DNA of 64,000 nt from NCBI GenBank assembly GCA_035623155.1, contig DASPTZ010000093.1:3367-67366 (forward strand). Direction: 5' to 3'. Below the pieces are notes generated by a model. That model saw only the letters and a list, made by a program, of their open reading frames with translations, made no database searches and was not told the origin of the DNA. Positions 48,409 through 58,260 of the stretch are shown here, one piece after another. This DNA is from Casimicrobiaceae bacterium (GTDB lineage: Bacteria; Pseudomonadota; Gammaproteobacteria; Burkholderiales; Casimicrobiaceae). Each line of letters opens with the position of its first letter. The stretch's first letter is position 1. Position numbers and translations under genes: made by a program.

Positions 48409-48997
48409 TGTGCACGCGAGCAGCGAACGTTTGCGCGCCGCCTGCCCGCCCTCGATAATGCTCCGGTTCCTCTCTCTGGTTCATTGTACACTTGCCCGCC
48501 ATCACTCGGCCGAATGGCGAAGCTCTGGCCGCATCTTCGTTGTTGCCGGAGCATCATGCGCACGGTTATCTTGCGACAGTTCTGCTGATGAATCGTGAAC
48601 GTAGAGATCGACGACGAGACCGCGAGCGCTGCCTGAACCTTTACCCTGGGCACGCGCACCCGGGCAAGTTCCAGCAGACGGCTGCCGCGCACGAGCCTTC
48701 GCATCGAAGCGAAAACCGAGCCAGGTCGAGGGAATGCTCCGTGGAGGGCCAAGACGATCACCGATCGCGACGCCTGTCTACGCATCGCGCAGGAGAACTA
48801 CATTCGCGCGCTGGAGGAAAGCGGCAACAGCTCCCTGCAGGATTGACAGTCGACGGTTCCACTCAGTCCCGGCAGCGGCGATCCCTGCGCGGTCCCGTTC
48901 GGCGGCACGAAGTCGGCCGCTGACCTCACGCCACGGTTCGAAGGCGGAACCGCGGCGGGTGCGGCCGATCCAATTTACTGTTATGTAAGGGAGGTCA

Positions 48998-49371
48998 ATG
49001 TCGCACTACATCGACGCCATCGTCATCCCCGTTCCCCGTGCCAGCCTCGACACCTGCAAGCGCATGTCCGCGGAATGGGGCAAGGCCCACCTGCGCCACG
49101 GTGCTCTGTATTACTCCGACTCGATCAGCGACGACGCTCAGCCCAGCAAGGTCACGTCGTTTCCCCAAGTTGCGCAACTCAAGGACGACGAGGTAATCGC
49201 GTTGGCGTGGGTTGTGTATCGGGACAAGGGGGAGCGCGACCGCATCAACAAGGCGGTCATGGAGGATCCGCAGTTCAAGGAGTCGATGGACCTTCGAAGA
49301 TGCCCTTTGACGGCAAGCGCATGTTCTGGGGTGGCTTCGAGACCATCATCGGGCTCGCGTCCGGCTACTAA
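48998..49371 (+). pseudogene. DUF1428/YbaA-family protein gene interrupted by a 1-nt frameshift
   Basis: N-terminus 'MSHYIDAIVIPVP...EDPQFKESMD' is in one frame. The conserved C-terminus 'MPFDGKRMFWGGFETII' is in the -1 frame (ORF 49075-49371). The span is 374 nt, not a multiple of 3. RBS gggagg lies upstream. Confidence 0.65.
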
Positions 49372-49450
49372 CCGACCACCGAGGATCAGCACGCAAGCTG
49401 AGCTTGAACCCGTCTAGTCCGCATCCGCCATTTAGGGTCGGCGCTCAGGC

Positions 49451-49474
49451 GCTGATGAGCTCGAGCTCATCGGC
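49451..49474. terminator. Near-perfect palindromic stem-loop downstream of both the DUF1428 pseudogene and tRNA-Thr
   Basis: gctgatgagctcgagctcatcggc, about 10 bp of stem including one G.U pair. No U-tract on either strand. Confidence 0.3.
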
Positions 49475-49510
49475 GGGCCCGTATTCGTCGACCCGAGATC
49501 CGGGAACGGG

Positions 49511-49586
<76 letters not shown>

Positions 49587-49633
49587 CCGGAAGTGGGCGG
49601 AACCCAACGTGCGTCCGCCGCACTAAGCGCATA

Positions 49634-49639
49634 ATTATA
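49634..49639 (-). promoter_or_regulatory. Candidate -10 hexamer (TATAAT on minus strand) upstream of tRNA-Thr
   Basis: Perfect TATAAT in an AT island 48 nt upstream of the mature tRNA 5' end. No convincing -35. The same AT island could instead serve rlmB on the plus strand. Confidence 0.25.
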
Positions 49640-49695
49640 CGGGACCATATGCTCGTGCGCCACGGGAGCGCGCGTTCGCTCCGGGCCTTGTCATC

Positions 49696-50445
49696 ATGGG
49701 GAAAGCGACTCGCCAGCTCATCGGCTTTCACGCCGTCACCGCTCGCCTGCGTCAACATCCGCAGAGTGTGCGCACGATCTATGTCGACGCGGGACGGCGT
49801 GATCATCGCGCTAAGGAGCTGATCGAACGAGCGACACAAGCCGGAGTGGCAGTGCATGCCGCGGAATCTTCGAGACTGCAAGCGATCGCGGGCAGCGATC
49901 GCCACCAAGGCGTGGTCGCGACCGTCGATGATGCTCTCCCGCGCCAGGAGCTCGACGACGTATTGAACGCGCTCGCGAAGCCGCCGCTTCTGCTGGTGCT
50001 TGACGGCGTGACCGATCCACACAATCTCGGCGCGTGCCTACGCAGCGCGGACGCATTCGGCGCGCAGGCGGTGATCGTGCCCAAGGACCGCGCCGTGGGC
50101 TTGACCGCCACGGTGGCGAAGGCGGCATCCGGCGCAGCGGACGCGGTGCCGCTCGTTACAGTCACCAACCTCGCGCGCAGCCTTCGCGAAATGAAAGAGC
50201 GTGGGATATGGATCGTCGGCGCCGAAGCAGCCGGCGGCGAGAGTCTGCTCGATGCCGATGTGTCGGGTCCGATCGCGTGGGTGCTGGGCGCCGAAGGCAC
50301 CGGCATGCGACGCCTCACCCGCGATGCCTGCGATCGAATCGTGAGCATTCCGATGCTCGGCGCGGTGTCGTCGCTCAACGTCTCGGTCGCCGCCGGGGTT
50401 TGCTTGTTCGCGACGCAGCGACAAAGGCTGCACGTCGACCACTGA
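49696..50445 (+). CDS. rlmB: 23S rRNA (guanosine-2'-O-)-methyltransferase, SpoU/TrmH family
   Basis: 'LLLVLDGVTDPHNLGACLRSADAFGA', 'AWVLGAEGTGMRRLT' and 'IPMLGAVSSLNVSVAAGVCLF'. Confidence 0.85.
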   Translation: MGKATRQLIGFHAVTARLRQHPQSVRTIYVDAGRRDHRAKELIERATQAGVAVHAAESSRLQAIAGSDRHQGVVATVDDALPRQELDDVLNALAKPPLLLVLDGVTDPHNLGACLRSADAFGAQAVIVPKDRAVGLTATVAKAASGAADAVPLVTVTNLARSLREMKERGIWIVGAEAAGGESLLDADVSGPIAWVLGAEGTGMRRLTRDACDRIVSIPMLGAVSSLNVSVAAGVCLFATQRQRLHVDH

Positions 50446-50486
50446 GCTGCCGACGTCGGCAACGGTGCTTCCTGTGCTCGGGCGCC

Positions 50487-50524
50487 GTTTGATTTTCTAA
50501 ACGATCTGTACTAAAATACTAAAC
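50487..50524 (+). promoter_or_regulatory. Sigma70-type promoter (TTGATT-17 nt-TAAAAT) with embedded conserved operator, upstream of gabT
   Basis: -35 at 50489-50494 and -10 at 50512-50517. The block GTTTGATTTTCTAAACG...ACTA..ATACTAAAC is repeated at 58860-58897. Confidence 0.5.
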
Positions 50525-50600
50525 GGCGGTGGAAGATGGCCGGTCGGTTTACAACGGCCAGTGCCCGCTGGATGAACAAGGAGCGATCGAAGTGGACCGA

Positions 50601-51884
50601 ATGAGCTTGAACACCGAGTGGCAGAGCCGGAAGGAGCACGCGACCGCGCGCGGCGTCGGCGTGCTCACGCAGATCTTCGCGGCGCGCGCCGAGAACGCCG
50701 AAATCTGGGACGTCGAGGGCAGGCGCTACATCGACTTCGCCGGCGGCATCGGCGTGCTCAACACCGGGCATCGCCATCCCAAGGTGATGGCCGCCGCGGC
50801 CGAGCAGCTTCAGCGGTTCACGCACACCTGCTACCAGGTCATGCCCTATCCGGGTTACGTCGCGCTCGCGGAGAAGCTCAACGAGATCACCCCCGGCCGT
50901 TTCCCGAAGAAAACGATCTTCTTCTCGACCGGCGCGGAAGCGATCGAGAACGCAGTCAAGATAGCGCGCGCGGCGACCGGCCGAAGCGGGATCATCGCCT
51001 TCTCCGGGGCGTTTCACGGGCGGACGATGATGGCGATGGCGCTCACCGGCAAGGTGGCGCCGTACAAAGCTGGCTTCGGTCCCTTCCCGCCGGAGATCTA
51101 TCACGCGCCGTTCCCGATCGACCTCCACGGCGTCAGCGTCGAGCAGTCATTGAGCGCGCTGAGCACGCTGTTCAAGGCCGACATCGACCCCAAACGCGTC
51201 GCTGCTGTGGTCATCGAACCGGTTCAGGGCGAAGGTGGATTCTACGTCGTGCCGCATGAATTCATGCGCGCTCTGCGCGCGCTGTGCGACGAGCACGGCA
51301 TGCTGCTCATTGCCGACGAGATCCAGACCGGGTTTGCGCGAACTGGCAAGATGTTCGCGATGGAGCACTACGGCGTCGATCCGGACATCGTCGTCACAGC
51401 CAAGAGCCTGGCCGGCGGCTTTCCGCTGTCGGCCGTCACCGGGCGCGCGGAGATCATGAACGCTCCCCCGGCGGGCGGACTGGGCGGCACCTATGCGGGT
51501 AACCCGGTCGCGATCGCGGCCGCGCTCGCGGTCCTGGACGTTATGCGCGACGAACGCCTGGTCGAGCGTGCCAATCGGCTGGGCGAGGCGATAAGGACGC
51601 TGCTCGGCCGATTGAAGGGCGAGGTTCGGGAGATCGCGGATGTGCGCGGGCTGGGTGCGATGATCGGCGTGGAATTCGCCAGCGCGTCGACCGGCGAGCC
51701 GGACGCCGCGTTCGCGAAGAAAGTGCAGGCGAGGGCGCTGCAAGACGGGTTGCTGCTCCTGACCTGCGGCATACACTTCAACGTCATCCGGTTCCTGATG
51801 CCGCTCACGATTCCGGACGCCGTGTTCGCGGAAGCGCTGCAGGTCCTGGAGCGGTCGATCAGAAGCGCGGCGGCGACGGCCTGA
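50601..51884 (+). CDS. gabT: 4-aminobutyrate--2-oxoglutarate transaminase
   Basis: Start [11 protein letters not shown]. Collinear with GabT: '[38 protein letters not shown]', '[10 protein letters not shown]' and '[20 protein letters not shown]'. Confidence 0.9.
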   Translation: MSLNTEWQSRKEHATARGVGVLTQIFAARAENAEIWDVEGRRYIDFAGGIGVLNTGHRHPKVMAAAAEQLQRFTHTCYQVMPYPGYVALAEKLNEITPGRFPKKTIFFSTGAEAIENAVKIARAATGRSGIIAFSGAFHGRTMMAMALTGKVAPYKAGFGPFPPEIYHAPFPIDLHGVSVEQSLSALSTLFKADIDPKRVAAVVIEPVQGEGGFYVVPHEFMRALRALCDEHGMLLIADEIQTGFARTGKMFAMEHYGVDPDIVVTAKSLAGGFPLSAVTGRAEIMNAPPAGGLGGTYAGNPVAIAAALAVLDVMRDERLVERANRLGEAIRTLLGRLKGEVREIADVRGLGAMIGVEFASASTGEPDAAFAKKVQARALQDGLLLLTCGIHFNVIRFLMPLTIPDAVFAEALQVLERSIRSAAATA

Positions 51885-52043
51885 CGGCAGTCGCCTGTGC
51901 CAGCCGAGCGATCCGCTCGCGCCGCGCTCGCCTGACGCCGGGGTTCATCGCGCTCCCCGCGCGCAACTCGCGCGCAAAGCAGTACACTGTATCTCGTTGC
52001 CCGGAAGCCAGGGCGACGCCGTCCGATCCGCCAAGTTGACCCG

Positions 52044-52982
52044 ATGACACCGTTTGCAATCGCGGGCATCCAGATGCCGGTCTCGGCCGAATCCGAGAAC
52101 ATCACCGCGATGGGCAGGCGCCTCAGCCATCTCATGCACCGCTTTCCCTGGGTGCAGATGGTTTTATTCAGCGAGCTGGCCGCGTTCGGCCCCGCGCCCA
52201 AGCACGCACAGCCGCTGCCGGGGCCCGCCGAAATCGCGTTCTGCCAGATGGCGGCGCACCATCACATATGGTTGATCCCGGGCTCGCTCTTCGAGCGTCG
52301 GGAGGACGGCATCTACAACGCGGCGCCGGTGATCGACCCGGGGGGAAACGTCATCGCGCGCTATCGCAAGATGTTCCCTTTCCAGCCCTACGAGATCGGT
52401 ATCCGGCCCGGGACGGAGTTCGTGGTGTTCGACGTGCCGAAAGTGGGGCGCTTCGGGATTTCGATCTGCTACGACATGTGGTTTCCGGAGACCACGCGGC
52501 AGCTCGCCGCGCTCGGTGCGGAAGTAATCCTGCACCCGACGCTCACCGATACGATCGACCGCGACGTCGAGCTGCCGATCGCCCGCGCCAGTGCGGCCAT
52601 CAACCAGTGCTATTTCTTCGACGTCAATGGCCTCGGCGACGGCGGGACCGGGCGATCGATCATCGTCGGGCCATCCGGGTATGTTATTCACGAAGCCGGC
52701 GCGGGGCCGGAATTCATCCCGGTCGAGATCGATCTGGATCGAGTGCGGCGCGAACGCGAACGCGGAGTGCGCGGTCTCGGCCAGACCTTGAAGAGCTTCC
52801 GCGACCGTGCGGTCAATTTTCCGGTCTATGATCGGAGCGAGGTCACGGAGGCTTACCTGCGCGGGCTGGGGCCGCTGGTCAAGCCGGCGCGCCGTGTCGA
52901 CGGGGCACAGCGCCCGGCGGAAGACGTCGGCGCGACACCCGGCGCGCACAGCAACGTCGGGTCGAAGGGGGACGCAGCATGA
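52044..52982 (+). CDS. Carbon-nitrogen hydrolase (nitrilase superfamily amidase)
   Basis: E-K-C triad contexts 'VLFSELAAFG', 'ARYRKMFPF' and 'GISICYDMWFPE'. Confidence 0.8.
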   Translation: MTPFAIAGIQMPVSAESENITAMGRRLSHLMHRFPWVQMVLFSELAAFGPAPKHAQPLPGPAEIAFCQMAAHHHIWLIPGSLFERREDGIYNAAPVIDPGGNVIARYRKMFPFQPYEIGIRPGTEFVVFDVPKVGRFGISICYDMWFPETTRQLAALGAEVILHPTLTDTIDRDVELPIARASAAINQCYFFDVNGLGDGGTGRSIIVGPSGYVIHEAGAGPEFIPVEIDLDRVRRERERGVRGLGQTLKSFRDRAVNFPVYDRSEVTEAYLRGLGPLVKPARRVDGAQRPAEDVGATPGAHSNVGSKGDAA

Positions 52983-55777
52983 AGCACAAACCGAAAGCCA
53001 CGCTGGAGCAGCGAGAGATCGCTATCAACCTCTACCGCAGCGTCTGGGAGGTTCGCAACGACGGCTGGATCCATCTGTCCGACAACGCGACCCGGCTGGT
53101 CGACGCCGAGACGCACGGGGGCGACATGGAACCGGCTCGCTCGCTGGTGGCCGAGACGCTGGATCTCCTCGAGCCGATCGAAAGCTACTGGGCATTCCCC
53201 GGACGAAGCGGGTTTCAGCGTCTGGCGGGACTGTTCCAGGACCGCGAGTACGAAGGATTCAACGATCTCGTCCACCGGATCAGCCGAGCGCTATCGAGCC
53301 AGTCGTATCGCCGCAGCTTCGTCTCGCTGCACTTGGACGAGAAGGCCGCTGTCGAGGAAGAGGAGCGGCGCGAGACCGAGGTGCGCACCGACCGGCCCTA
53401 TTTCGAGGTGTTAGTCGTGGACGAAATCTCGCCTCAGGAGGAGGAAGAGCTCCGCGAGCGCCTGCGCACCATGCGCCGCGAAGAGGACAAGTTCATCTAC
53501 GAACTGGTCGTGGTGCCCAGCTTCGAGGACGCGCTGATCGCGGTGCTGTTCAACTTCAACATCCAGGCGGTGGTGATCCGCTACGGCTTTCCTTTGAAAT
53601 CACGCTACAAGCTCGACATCCTGCGCAAGCTGGTCGAAGGCTACGAAGGGGAGGGGCTCGATGTCCTCGCCGAGAGCGAGCGCGGCTGCCTGCTCGGCAC
53701 CAAGATCGCTCAGCTGCGGCCCGAGCTCGATCTGTTCATGGTGACCGATGTGTCCGCCGAGGATATCGCCGGCAAGCTTTGCGAGAGCTTCCACCGCGTC
53801 TTCTATCGCGACGAGGACGACCACGAAAAGCATTTCTCGATCCTGCGCGCGATCGAGGACCGCTATCAGACGCCGTTCTTCACGGCGCTGCGCGAGTACA
53901 GCCAGCAGCCAACCGGGGTGTTCCACGCGCTGCCGATCTCGCGCGGCAAGTCGATCCTGCAGTCGCACTGGATCCAGGACATGATCCAGTTCTACGGCCT
54001 CGGGGTGTTCCTGGCCGAGACCTCGGCGACCTCCGGCGGACTCGATTCGCTGCTCGAGCCCACCGGTCCGATCAAGCTCGCGCAGGAGCTGGCGGCGCGC
54101 GCGTTCGGCGCCAAGCGCACCTTCTGGGTCACCAATGGCACCTCCACCGCCAACAAGATCGTCGTGCAGGCGCTGATCCAGCCGGGCGACATCGTGCTGC
54201 TCGACCGCAACTGCCACAAATCGCACCACTACGGCATGGTTCTCTCGGGCGCGCACGTGGTGTACCTCGACGCCTATCCGCTGAACGAGTACTCCATGTA
54301 CGGCGCGGTGCCGATCCGCTCGATCAAGCAGCGGCTTCTCGAGCTCAAGCGCGCGGGCCGGCTCGAACGCGTGAAGCTGGTCCTCCTCACCAACTGCACT
54401 TTCGATGGCATCGTCTACGACGTCGAGCGGGTGATGGAGGAGTGCCTCGCGATCAAGGCGGACTTGATCTTCCTCTGGGATGAAGCGTGGTTCGCCTTCG
54501 CGGGCTTCCATCCTACCTACCGGCGCAGGACCGGAATGGGCGCGGCGCATCGGCTGCGCGAGCGGTTCCGCGATCCCGAATACCGCGAGCGCTACGAAGC
54601 GTTCGCGAGGGACTATGGCAACGCCGACGACCAGCGCCTGCTCGACACTCGCCTGGTACCCGATCCCGACCGGGCGCGTATCCGCGTCTACGTGACTCAC
54701 TCGACGCACAAGACGCTCACCGCGCTGCGCCAGGGGTCGATGATCCATGTCTACGACCAGGATTTCAAGCAGAAGGTCGAGGAGGCGTTTCACGAGGCGT
54801 ACATGACCCACACCTCGACCTCGCCCAACTATCAGATTCTCGCCTCGCTCGACGTCGGCCGCCGCCAGGTCGAACTCGAGGGCTACGAGCTCGTGCAGAA
54901 GCAAGTCGACCACGCGATGGCGCTGCGCGAGCGCATTGCCACTCACTCGCTGCTCAAGAAATATTTCCGCTTCCTTACCACGGGCGACCTGATCCCGAAG
55001 CAGTACCGGCCATCGGGGATCGAGGCGTATTTCGATTCCGAGCAGCGCTGGGCGCGCATGGAGGAGTGCTGGCACACGGACGAGTTCGTCGTCGACCCAA
55101 CGCGGCTCACGCTCGCGATCGGTCCGACGGGCATCGACGGCGACACCTTCAAGCACAACTACCTGATGGAGAAGTACGGCATCCAGATCAACAAGACTTC
55201 GCGCAACACCGTCCTGTTCATGACCAACATCGGCACGACGCGGAGCTCGGTGGCGTACCTGATCGAGATCCTGGTGAAAATCGCGCAGGAGCTCGACGAG
55301 CGCAACGAGGACATGAGCCCTCCGGAGATGCGCCTGCATCAGCTCAAGGTCGAATCGCTGACCAAGCGGCTTCCGGCGCTTCCGGATTTCAGCCACTTCC
55401 ACCGCTACTTCCGCTGCAGCCTGGACTCGACTACGCCCGAGGGCGACATGCGCAAGGCTTATTTCATGGCCTACGACGAGGCGTTGTGCCGCTACATCAC
55501 GCTCAAGGATCTGCAGCAACGAGTCGCAGCCGGCGAAGAGGTGGTCTCCGCGATGTTCGTCATACCCTATCCACCCGGCTTCCCGATCCTGGTCCCGGGA
55601 CAGGTGATCAGCAAGGACATCCTCGGCTTCATCGAAGCGCTCGACACGCGCGAGATCCACGGCTATCGCCCCGAGCTGGGCTTTCGCGCATTCACGGAAG
55701 CCGCGATCGCGGTGGCTGCGCCCGCCGTCACCGGCGGTGCTGCGGTCACCCGCATCGCAGCAGCCAGGGCGGAGTAG
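52979..55777 (+). CDS. Orn/Lys/Arg decarboxylase family (fold-type I PLP) protein, unusually long (932 aa)
   Basis: ATGA overlap. Wing-like domain 'YFEVLVVDE...AVVIRYGF'. 'FWVTNGTSTANKIV' and 'VTHSTHKTLTALRQGSMIHV' (PLP Lys). Carries about 140 aa of extra N-terminus. Confidence 0.85.
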   Translation: MKHKPKATLEQREIAINLYRSVWEVRNDGWIHLSDNATRLVDAETHGGDMEPARSLVAETLDLLEPIESYWAFPGRSGFQRLAGLFQDREYEGFNDLVHRISRALSSQSYRRSFVSLHLDEKAAVEEEERRETEVRTDRPYFEVLVVDEISPQEEEELRERLRTMRREEDKFIYELVVVPSFEDALIAVLFNFNIQAVVIRYGFPLKSRYKLDILRKLVEGYEGEGLDVLAESERGCLLGTKIAQLRPELDLFMVTDVSAEDIAGKLCESFHRVFYRDEDDHEKHFSILRAIEDRYQTPFFTALREYSQQPTGVFHALPISRGKSILQSHWIQDMIQFYGLGVFLAETSATSGGLDSLLEPTGPIKLAQELAARAFGAKRTFWVTNGTSTANKIVVQALIQPGDIVLLDRNCHKSHHYGMVLSGAHVVYLDAYPLNEYSMYGAVPIRSIKQRLLELKRAGRLERVKLVLLTNCTFDGIVYDVERVMEECLAIKADLIFLWDEAWFAFAGFHPTYRRRTGMGAAHRLRERFRDPEYRERYEAFARDYGNADDQRLLDTRLVPDPDRARIRVYVTHSTHKTLTALRQGSMIHVYDQDFKQKVEEAFHEAYMTHTSTSPNYQILASLDVGRRQVELEGYELVQKQVDHAMALRERIATHSLLKKYFRFLTTGDLIPKQYRPSGIEAYFDSEQRWARMEECWHTDEFVVDPTRLTLAIGPTGIDGDTFKHNYLMEKYGIQINKTSRNTVLFMTNIGTTRSSVAYLIEILVKIAQELDERNEDMSPPEMRLHQLKVESLTKRLPALPDFSHFHRYFRCSLDSTTPEGDMRKAYFMAYDEALCRYITLKDLQQRVAAGEEVVSAMFVIPYPPGFPILVPGQVISKDILGFIEALDTREIHGYRPELGFRAFTEAAIAVAAPAVTGGAAVTRIAAARAE

Positions 55778-55806
55778 GTGGCGACCGGACGCCCGGGAGA
55801 GGAAAC

Positions 55807-57261
55807 ATGAAAAAGCTCACCACCATTTCCGACGTGCGGCTGTTCTTTCATCGCAACGAGCGGCCGATCTATTTCATCAGCGCGACCAACTTCAACCTCG
55901 CCGGAATCGACGAGCGGGTACAGCATTTCAAGTACATCAACCACATCGACTGCTTCGATGGACGGCACCCGAACGTGTTCGTGCCGAAGGAGGCGCCGCA
56001 CGCGGAGTTCGAGAGCATCGAGGACATCACCAACTATCTGCTCGAGCACAAAGAGGTCGTCGACTACATCAAGGGCCGCGGCGGCAAGCCGGTGGCGGTG
56101 TTCCTGATGTTCGACGAAAAGACCGAGGAGCTGTGTCGCGAGCTTGGGTTGGAGGTGTGGTTCCCATCGGCCGCGCTGCGCAGCCGCTGCGACAATAAGA
56201 TGGAAACGGTGCGCATCGGCAACAAGGCGGGCGTGCCGAGCGTTCCCAATGCGCTCTCGCGCGTAGAAAGCTACGAGCATCTGCTCAAGGTCAGCCGCGG
56301 CGGGGGCATCGGCAGCGATCTCGTCATCCAGACCGCGTTCGGCGACTCGGGCCACACCACGTTCTTCATCGCCAATGAGGCCGATTGGAAGAAGCACGCA
56401 GACGAGATCGTCGGCGAGTCGGAAGTGAAGATCATGAAGCGCATCAACTGCCGCGGCTCGACGCTGGAAGCATGCGTCACCCGCTGCGGCACGATCGTGG
56501 GACCTCTCCTGACCGAGATCGTGGGACAGAAGGAGCTCACCCCCTACAAAGGAGGCTGGTGCGGCAACGAAGTCTTTCCCGGGGCATTCACCGAGGGCGT
56601 GCGCGCCAAGGCGCGCGACATGGCGTTCAAGTTCGGCAACCAGCTCTGGAAGGAGGGCTACCGAGGCTACTTCGACCTCGATTTCTTGATCGACCAGGAC
56701 ACCGGCGACGTCTATCTCGGCGAGCTTAATCCGAGGGTGTGCGGCGCGAGCCCGATGACCAACCACGCCGCTTTCGCCTATGCAGACGTCCCGCTGTTCC
56801 TGTTCCACCTCTTGGAATTCTCGGGCCAGGACTTCGACCTCAACGTCGAAGCGCTCAATGCGCGCTGGGCCGACCCGGATTTCATCGACAGCTGGAGCCA
56901 GATCGTCATCAAGCACACCCAGGACAACGTCGACATCGTTACCCAGGCGCCGCCGAGCGGCATCTGGAAGCAGGCATCCGACGGGTCGGTGTCGTACCAC
57001 CGCTTCGATTACCACCGCGCTGCCGTGGAGACCGAGCGCGAGGCGTATTTCCTGCGCATCACCGGGGCCGGGGATTACCGCTACGAGGGTGCCGATCTCG
57101 GGATCCTGATCACCCGCGGGCGCTCCATGACCGACGAGTTCAAGCTCAACGCCCGGGCCGAGAACTGGATCAGGGGGCTCAAGTCGTACTACTACGGCAA
57201 GCCGCTGGGCGCCGTGCAGGAGCCTGTGGCGCCCGCGCCGGGAGCGTTCAAGATCCTCTAG
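55807..57261 (+). CDS. ATP-grasp family ligase (biotin-carboxylase-like fold)
   Basis: ATG 55807 after gggagagg. 'LVIQTAFGDSGHTTFFI' and 'GYFDLDFLIDQDTGDVYLGELNPRVCG' (E-x-N Mg/ATP motif). Confidence 0.75.
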   Translation: MKKLTTISDVRLFFHRNERPIYFISATNFNLAGIDERVQHFKYINHIDCFDGRHPNVFVPKEAPHAEFESIEDITNYLLEHKEVVDYIKGRGGKPVAVFLMFDEKTEELCRELGLEVWFPSAALRSRCDNKMETVRIGNKAGVPSVPNALSRVESYEHLLKVSRGGGIGSDLVIQTAFGDSGHTTFFIANEADWKKHADEIVGESEVKIMKRINCRGSTLEACVTRCGTIVGPLLTEIVGQKELTPYKGGWCGNEVFPGAFTEGVRAKARDMAFKFGNQLWKEGYRGYFDLDFLIDQDTGDVYLGELNPRVCGASPMTNHAAFAYADVPLFLFHLLEFSGQDFDLNVEALNARWADPDFIDSWSQIVIKHTQDNVDIVTQAPPSGIWKQASDGSVSYHRFDYHRAAVETEREAYFLRITGAGDYRYEGADLGILITRGRSMTDEFKLNARAENWIRGLKSYYYGKPLGAVQEPVAPAPGAFKIL

Positions 57262-57281
57262 GATTGCGCGGCCGAAGTCGC

Positions 57282-58253
57282 ATGGACTTCACTTTTCAGG
57301 CGGTCGCCGAGGAACAGCCGGGACCGAAGTGGCGCGCTCTGTTCGAGCGCTTCTGGCCTGCGTATGAGCGCTGGTTCTTGAGCGAGGGCGAGAAGGCGCG
57401 CCCCCGCTACCTCACATCGCTGCGCCAGCTCAAGGCGCATATGCCCGAGCTGGTTCCGACCTACGAGCGCCTCGTGGAGCTCGCCGGCAACAGCGATCTT
57501 GTCGCGCGCTTCCTGGCCTCGTTCTGTCCGCCGAGCTATCTCATCGCCTGCTCGCAGGCCGTGTGGGCCGATGGTGAGCCGTTCCTGGTGCGCAACTACG
57601 ATTACAGCCCGCAGCTGTGCGAAGGCGTCATCCTCGCCACGGCATGGAACGGCCGCCGCGTGATCGCGATGAGCGACGGGATGTGGGGCGTGCTCGACGG
57701 CATCAACGAGGATGGACTCGCGGTTTCGTTGAGCTTCGGCGGACGCCGCATCGAGGGTGTGGGCTTCGGGGTCCCGCTGATCCTGCGCTACATCCTGGAA
57801 TTCGCGGCCCGCACCGAGGAAGCGGTCGCCGTGCTCGAGCGCGTGCCGGTTCACATGTCGTACAACGTGACGGTGCTCGACGCCGCTGGCGAATTTGTCA
57901 CGGCCTATCTTCGTCCCGACTTTCCGGCGGTCGTGCACGCCGTGCCATACGCGGCCAATCATCAGGAGGAGATCGAGTGGGAGCAGCACGCGACGGCCAC
58001 CGCGACGTTGCAGCGCGAGCAGTTTCTTTACCGGCAGCTACGCGGCAGCGCACGCCACCCGGAAACGCTGGTTGCCTCGTTCCTTGAGCCGCCGCTGTAC
58101 GCCAACGCTTTCGCCAAAGGCTATGGCACGGTCTACACGGCGGTCTATCGGCCAACCGCCTCGCCGAGGGTCGAGTATCTGTGGCCGGGTTCGACCTGGG
58201 GCTTCGACTTCGACGCGTTCGAGGAAGGCTCGAGGACCGTGCAACTCGCCTAG
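57282..58253 (+). CDS. Ntn-hydrolase, peptidase C45/acyl-CoA:6-APA acyltransferase-like
   Basis: 'SYLIACSQAVW' (candidate nucleophile Cys), 'FLVRNYDY', 'GINEDGLAVSLSF' and 'YNVTVLD'. Confidence 0.65.
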   Translation: MDFTFQAVAEEQPGPKWRALFERFWPAYERWFLSEGEKARPRYLTSLRQLKAHMPELVPTYERLVELAGNSDLVARFLASFCPPSYLIACSQAVWADGEPFLVRNYDYSPQLCEGVILATAWNGRRVIAMSDGMWGVLDGINEDGLAVSLSFGGRRIEGVGFGVPLILRYILEFAARTEEAVAVLERVPVHMSYNVTVLDAAGEFVTAYLRPDFPAVVHAVPYAANHQEEIEWEQHATATATLQREQFLYRQLRGSARHPETLVASFLEPPLYANAFAKGYGTVYTAVYRPTASPRVEYLWPGSTWGFDFDAFEEGSRTVQLA

Positions 58254-58260
58254 TCTCGGT

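Noticed and set aside
48637-48846. High-GC3 reading frame ending '...TITDRDACLRIAQENYIRALEESGNSSLQD*' in the 590-bp gap upstream of the DUF1428 gene.
   Set aside because: There is no ATG, GTG or TTG start between the upstream in-frame TGA (48634) and the stop. It is probably a gene remnant or chance, not an intact CDS.
50448-50461. 14-nt perfect palindrome TGCCGACGTCGGCA just after the rlmB stop, as a possible terminator.
   Set aside because: A hairpin would have only about 5 bp of stem once a loop is allowed, and there is no U-tract. It could equally be a protein-binding site. It is too weak to call.
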